From: Octopus vulgaris
Lineage: Eukaryota
Assembly (NCBI GenBank): GCA_951406725.2
Contig: OX597826.1
Span: 30,752,001-30,816,000, forward strand
Direction of reading: 5' to 3'
DNA length: 64,000 nt
The translations under genes were made by a program, and so were the position numbers. Below, one piece after another: positions 57,425 to 64,000 of this stretch (within the stretch, counting starts at the first letter, position 1; each line of letters opens with the position of its first letter). The notes under the pieces are model-generated. The model was not told the origin of the DNA, searched no databases, and saw only the letters and a program-made list of their open reading frames with translations.

Positions 57425-57660
57425 TGGTGTGTTGGTAACAATAACCCAAGATATAGACAAATGGCTGAAGGCGACTGAAATAGAATGCCCTGTAGAGCTG
57501 CTGTAGAAAGTTTGTCTCTTATAGACAGCAAGGATTATCAGGAAGGATCTAAGCACTTGAAAGATTGCTGAAAAGTTGTGGATGCCTAAAGTTACAGGTA
57601 GTAAACCCTGCTACCCACATAATTCCTACTAGGAAAAAGACAGAACCTGAGTCAGACCAA
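57425..57660 (+). mobile_element. R4/Dong-type 3' fragment 4 (same family as fragment 6)
   Basis: ARIIRK.LST*; 3' UTR CCTACTAGGAA..GAACCTGAGTCA shared with 60390-60420. Confidence 0.75.
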
Positions 57661-57669
57661 AATAATAAC

Positions 57670-57767
<98 letters not shown>

Positions 57768-57885
57768 GAAAAAGGAGAATAAGAATAAGAATGAGAATGA
57801 GAAGAAGAAGAAGAAGAAGAAAAAGGAGAATAAGAATAAGAATGAGAATGAGAAGAAGAAGAAGAAGAAGAAGAAGAAGAAGAAG

Positions 57886-57916
<31 letters not shown>

Positions 57917-57966
57917 GGAAGAAGGAGAATAAGAATAAGAATGAGAATGAGAAGAAGAAGAAGAAG

Positions 57967-57997
<31 letters not shown>

Positions 57998-58449
57998 GGA
58001 AGAAGAAGAAGTGAAGAAGAAGAAGAAGAAGAAAAAAAGAAGCAGAAGAAGAGGAAAAAGGAGAAGAAGAAGAAGAAGAAGAAGAAGAAGAAGAAGAAGA
58101 AGACGAAGAAGGAGGAGAAGAAGAAGAAGAAGAAGAAGGAAGAAGAAGAAGAAGAAGAAGAAGAAGAAGAAGAAGAAGCGAAGAGGAGAGAAGAAGAAGA
58201 AGAAGAAGAAGAAGAAAAAAGAAGAAGAAGAAGAAGAAGAAGAAGAAGAAGAAGAAAAGAAGAAGAAGAAGAAGAAGAAGAAGAAGAAGAAGAAGAAGAA
58301 GAAGAAGAAGAAGAAAAAGAAGAAGAAGAAGAAGAAGAAGAAGAAGAAGAAAAAGAAGAAGAAGATGAAGAAGAAGAAGAAGAAGAAGAAGAAGAAGAAG
58401 AAGAAGAAGAAGAAGAAGAAGAAGAAGAAGAAGAAGAAGAAGAAGAAGA
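57661..58449. repeat. Compound (AAT)n-(AAC)n-(GAA)n microsatellite
   Basis: About 790 bp; a GAGAATAAGAATAAGAATGAGAATGAG block occurs three times. Confidence 0.95.
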
Positions 58450-58573
58450 CAGCACTGCTTGGAACCGCTCGAATACTCCGGATGGTGCTCGGATGGTTTT
58501 ACTTTAGTTCACTGGTAGTTCACAGCTGATACCGTAGTACATCTCCAGCGTTACAAGCTGTGCAAAGACAATA
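58450..58573 (+). mobile_element. R4/Dong-type 3' fragment 5 (related snippet at ~59659-59690)
   Basis: TALLGTARILRMVL plus short 3' UTR ending in (AAT)n. Confidence 0.7.
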
Positions 58574-58583
58574 AATAATGATG

Positions 58584-58640
<57 letters not shown>

Positions 58641-59122
58641 GTAATAATAATAATAATAACATCAACAATGCGGGAAATACAAATATAAATATCTAAAATT
58701 CTCCCTTTCGTTATACGTACAATCGAAACAATTTCAAACAATCTAGATGCAATAAGGTCAGACCTTAGGCATACTAAATATATTAAGGAGTACATGTTTA
58801 TATATGCATCCTAGTGTACATGCATGCATGCATCCATCCATCCATACATACATACATCCATACATACATACATACGTACATATACGAATATGATCGTGAG
58901 CGCGGGTGTGTGTAAATATGAAATAATGGATGTGCTTTGGGTGCTTCGTATATAAGTGCTTGTGTAACCAATGGAAACCGTCATATGTATTTGCAAACAG
59001 CCATCAGAAGATAAGAATATATAAATAGATACACTCATTCGCACACTTATGTGTGTGTATATATAAATATATATATATATATAACTAAACAAGGTATTAT
59101 TACTATTTATAATAATAATAAC

Positions 59123-59195
<73 letters not shown>

Positions 59196-59288
59196 TGGTT
59201 AGCACGTTATATATATATATATGTACATATATATATATACATATTACATATAATGTATATATGCATTACACACTTATGCGTGTACGTG

Positions 59289-59320
<32 letters not shown>

Positions 59321-59696
59321 TGTATGTATGTATGTATTATATATATATTTATACACACACACACACGCACACAATATGTATGTGTGTGTACTGTTTACAC
59401 AGACATAAGAGACGTATAAGTATGATTAATGCTAAGCGCTTCATGTATGCAATAAAATTGCGTTTCTAAGACTACAAAAATTGTCTCAAGTGCCACCAAC
59501 ACTTTATATGTGAAAGTGAAAGTAAACATTTTAACGTAAGTTAAGTAGGCAATGGAGTAATATACAATTGCTTAATCAAACAGACCTTTAGTCATTAAAA
59601 TAAGTAACTGAGTTTAAAGTCGAAATATCCAGGTGATGAGGAAGAAGACGAAGAAGATAGCACCGCTTGGAACCACTCGAATACTCTTCGTTTGGC

Positions 59697-59821
59697 AGTT
59701 ATGTGCCTGGTGATGCATGTGCCCGTTGTACTCTCATCAGACGGATAGTCATGATAGGTATACTGGGCTTCGTATATTTTATCCCACTGTCACTTTGATG
59801 GCATGCACTGCTCTCTCACTC
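59697..59821 (+). mobile_element. Terminal fragment of the 550-bp (TAA)n-associated element
   Basis: Reverse complement aligns to 28801-28915; ends CTCACTC-(AAT)n. Confidence 0.8.
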
Positions 59822-59836
59822 AATAATAATAAAATG

Positions 59837-59904
<68 letters not shown>

Positions 59905-59905
<1 letters not shown>

Positions 59906-60425
59906 TGAGGATTTGAAGCTGGAAACATAGTCCAATCATCGAGTTGAAAGAGTACTGGAGTCGGAGAAATGTAAGGTCTTGTGGGACTTTCCTATTCAAA
60001 CAGACAACAAGTTAGAAAATAATAGATCAGATATAACAATTGTAGATATGGAAAAGCAAAATTGCTTACTAACTGACCCAGCATGTTCCTTTGATTCCAG
60101 GGTCGTGAAGAAAGAGGAAGAAAAAAAACAAAAAAAAAATGCAATCGCTTAAATAGGAAGAATTTGGAGTATGAGAACTGTAAAGGTCGTGCCTATAAGA
60201 ATTGGTTCGTTGGAAAAAGTAAGCCAAATCGCTGAAGGAGATTGAAATAGAATGCTCGGTAGAGCTCCTACAGAAAGTTAATGTCTTAGGGACTTCAAGG
60301 ATTATCAGGAGGGTTCTAAGCACTTGAATGACAGGTGAAAACTTGTGGATACCGATATTTATATGTAGTAACCCGCTTTCTACATAAATCCTACTAGGAA
60401 TAATACCGAACCTGAGTCAAACCAA
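59905..60425 (+). mobile_element. R4/Dong-type 3' fragment 6, decayed
   Basis: KVLWDFPIQTDNKLENNRSDITIV..LQKVNVLGTSRIIRRVLST*. Confidence 0.85.
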
Positions 60426-60439
60426 ATAATAATAATATA

Positions 60440-61320
60440 AGTGAGAAAAGGTTAAAGAGGAAAAGAACACAAAAAAAGGAACAGCATGGAAAGAGAAAAA
60501 AGAAATGTAGGTCAGTTTGTAAGAGATACGAACGCCAAATTAGATACAGAAGACCGGTTGCTATGGACGAGTGACGTGAAGATAGAGACTGAAGCACTTG
60601 TAAGTGCAGCACAAGAACAAGCGTTAAGGACCAACTATGTGAAACGCAGAATAGACAACACTACCGATTGCGGTAAATGCAGGATGTGTGGTGCGAAGTG
60701 TGAAACGGAATGGCATATCGTTAGCGAATGCCCGAAATTGGCACAACGCGAATACAAAAGACGACATGACAATGTGGCAAGGAAAATCCACTGGGAGCTC
60801 TGTGGAAATCACAGCCTACAAAGAGCAAAGATGCAGAATGTGCAAATCCCAGAAGGAGTCAGCGAGAATGAAGATTGCAAAATCCTGTGGGATGCAATGA
60901 ATCAATGCAATCACCCGACCAGACATCGGAAATTGGATATTTTCGTGACTAATAAAAAAGAAAGAACATGCATGATAATCAACAATAGGATCAAAGAGAA
61001 AGAAGAAGAAAAACTGAACAATTACGACGATTTGAAGTGGAAAATACGAAGGTTGTGATCAATGAAGAGAGTAAACGTGGTTCCAATAGTAATTGGTGCA
61101 CTTGGAAGTATCAGCACTCAACTACCAACATGGCTGAAAAAGATCGGTGCAAGTGTAAAGGTAGAACACCTACAAAAGTTAGCATTGCTTGGAACTTCAA
61201 GAATTCTTCACAGGGTTCTTGAAGCATGACCAGTAAACAAGTGTCACCTTAGTCTGCAGGCTGTGGACAGCTGACACTTTCCATCATACCCAGCAAAATA
61301 AGCTGAGAGTTTTCATCAAA
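60440..61320 (+). mobile_element. R4/Dong-type 3' fragment 7
   Basis: ETEALVSAAQEQALRTNY, CRMC..HIVSEC, RRHD, KILWD, VPIVIGALG, ALLGTSRILHRVL. Confidence 0.9.
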
Positions 61321-61339
61321 TAATAATAATAATAATAAT

Positions 61340-61547
61340 CGTTTCTACTGAAGGCAAAAGGCTTGAAATTTGTAGCGGGTGGGAAATGTTTTGAGGGAAT
61401 AGTCGATTACCTCGACACCTATATTTCGCTGGTACTTAATTTATCGACCCTGAAAGGATGAAAGCAAAGTCAACCTCGACGTAGCGACGGGCGAAATACC
61501 GCTAAGCATTTCGCCCAGCGTGCTAACGATTCTGCCAGTTCACGTCT
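61340..61547 (-). mobile_element. SINE family B, internally deleted
   Basis: Matches family B head and tail. Confidence 0.75.
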
Positions 61548-61552
61548 TAATA

Positions 61553-61734
<182 letters not shown>

Positions 61735-61856
61735 TTATTTGCCACAAGAACGCAAATGACGTGATGTTATATGGACAGGTCACAAAAGTTTAGGATTATA
61801 TAGAAATTGAGTAGAGAAAGAAAAACGAAATTATGTGTATACATATGTATATATAT

Positions 61857-61891
<35 letters not shown>

Positions 61892-62350
61892 GGAGACAGA
61901 GGGAGAAAAAAGAGAAAGAGAGTATTCCATTGTGTTCCAAGAGTTGGACCGTCTTCTTAGATCACTGAAGGAACCCCTCATACTCTGGCGCTTCCTCTAA
62001 CTACTAAGTGTGGGCGTCCTCTCCGGTCTTTTATTTCACCTCTTGTACCTCTAACAAATTTTCTAAAGGTAGTACCACCATCTCCACCGTCACATCCCTC
62101 TTCATTCCCGTCAGTCGCATCCACCGCAAAGCCTCTTCTAACGCTGTATTATTCATGGACTCGGCCTGTAGCCAAATTAGCGCTTCAACAAAACACACAA
62201 ACCAACAATATTTAAGTATTAAACGAGTGTATGCAGAACATCTCTGTCGCTATGCGAGCATCTCATTTGCTAGAAATTCCCTGTTGGTAGATCTAGACCT
62301 GACAAGCCATGATAACTACCAATAGTCCTGGGGTCGATTTGCTCGACTAG

Positions 62351-62446
62351 AGGCGGTGCTCCAGCATGGCCACAGTCAAATGACTGAAACAAGTAAAAGA
62401 GTACTTGTTTCAGTCATTTGACTGTGGACATGCTGGAGCACCGCCT
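62351..62446. repeat. 45-bp foldback of the SINE A tail with 6-nt loop
   Basis: 62351-62395 vs 62402-62446, one mismatch. Confidence 0.92.
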
Positions 62447-62485
62447 ATGGCACACATGGTGTCTTCCAATTCGATTAAAAATTCA

Positions 62486-62530
62486 TTTGTTCGCTGATGA
62501 TTTTCTGTTAAGACGAAACTAGTCGGTCAC
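62486..62530 (+). ncRNA. Degenerate minimal hammerhead motif
   Basis: CUGAUGA-(14 nt)-GAAAC-UA-GUC with palindromic ACUAGU; stems I and II imperfect. Confidence 0.45.
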
Positions 62531-62558
62531 TGTGAGGAATTGTACCTTTAATTCACAG

Positions 62559-62716
<158 letters not shown>

Positions 62717-62724
62717 TAACATAT

Positions 62725-62837
62725 ATTTAACATATATATTTCGTTGAAAAGCTATAGGCTGCAGTCTTTTGTCCAAGAAAAATACCCTTGTAAATGTATT
62801 GCGTTAAAAGCACAATATACTTCAAACAGGTTAGCAG

Positions 62838-62872
<35 letters not shown>

Positions 62873-63011
62873 GCATGTATGTATATATATATAATATTTA
62901 ACATATATATTTCGTTGAAAAGCTATAGGCTGCAGTCTTTTGTCCAAGAAAAATACCCTTGTAAATGTATTGCGTTAAAAGCACAATATACTTCAAACAG
63001 GTTAGCAGATT
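62725..63011. repeat. ~115-bp direct duplication separated by (TA)n
   Basis: 62725-62840 appears identical to 62896-63011; second copy continues into unique sequence to ~63240. Confidence 0.9.
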
Positions 63012-63338
63012 CAATCCCGTTTCGAAAAGTGACACGAATATGTCTCATTGACAAGTGGCAACAACGGCGAAATACGTATCTGTCACCCACGTGGGGTAAG
63101 GGCGACAGTTTCTGGGACGATTTCGTTTCGCTCGACCCTCACTCTGAAGCATATTGGATTGTAAAGCACTTAGTCTTTAAATGGATGTTCCCGGACAAAA
63201 TATTGCAGCTCCTGGCGTTTAAACAACACACATGCGTTAAGTATATTATATAGATAGAGGTTTTACTCTAGAGCTGTTTCTATTGCATAATTCGAAATAT
63301 TTGTGTGTATGTCTCTGTGTGTATGCATACACACGCAC

Positions 63339-63384
<46 letters not shown>

Positions 63385-63968
63385 TATTATCATTATCATT
63401 ATATATATATATATGCATACACACACAGGCACAGACGCATACATACGTGTGTGCGCGTGAGAGAGAGAGAGAACGAGAAAATGTTTGAGTGAGTGTATGA
63501 GAGTTTATGTATGTGTATGTGCATGTATATGTGTGTGTGGATGTATATGTGTGTGTGAATGTACATGTGTTGTGTGTGTGTGCGAGTGAGTTGCGTACAT
63601 TTTTTAAAAAAAATTACTGTTTTCGAGCGAGAGAATCTTTGAGCATTCGTTCTGGTTTCAGCCAGACAAATACAAAAGAAAAAGAAAACAGAAAAAGCAG
63701 AATTGAAAAAGGACCATTACTTAAGAATGTTGTTCTTGTTAATGTTTGGTTGGTTGATTCAATTATTCTTTCAATCATACATACCGACATACATATCTAT
63801 ATACATACCTACACCCACACACACACTCATACACATATATACGTGTCCATAAATACCTGTAGTTATGTTTATTTATATACTTATGCATATGTATATATAT
63901 TTATATATATACATATACATATATATTTATATACATATATATATATATGTGTGTGTGTAGATAGATAA

Positions 63969-64000
<32 letters not shown>

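Noticed and set aside
57565-58529. Long poly-E/K/R/S ORFs
   Set aside because: (GAA)n microsatellite; only the last ~15 codons belong to an R4 fragment

Overview
This is eukaryotic, AT-rich DNA with an extreme microsatellite load: (CA)n, (TA)n, (TACA)n, (GATA)n, (TAA)n and (GAA)n. The repeat landscape most resembles an octopus/cephalopod genome (inference, not verified). No intact host gene is visible, and almost all supplied ORFs are translated microsatellites. Real content: several tRNA-derived SINE families with swapped modules; a CR1-clade LINE 3' end whose tail matches one SINE family; many 5'-truncated R4/Dong-type (RLE endonuclease) non-LTR fragments in (TAA)n tracts, including a co-oriented stack at 55.3-61.3 kb; Penelope-like/retrozyme-like non-coding elements in (TA)n tracts; decayed mariner, maT and MULE transposases; and several MITEs. 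Most notable: a 546-bp tandem unit with two type-I hammerhead ribozyme motifs on the minus strand (25166-25243, 25712-25789), a second degenerate hammerhead (~62490-62530), SINE concatemers with one recurrent junction, three near-perfect foldback hairpins, an ORF-less 550-bp (TAA)n-targeted element, and two same-phase candidate terminal exons on the minus strand. All coordinates and alignments were read by eye; element boundaries are approximate.
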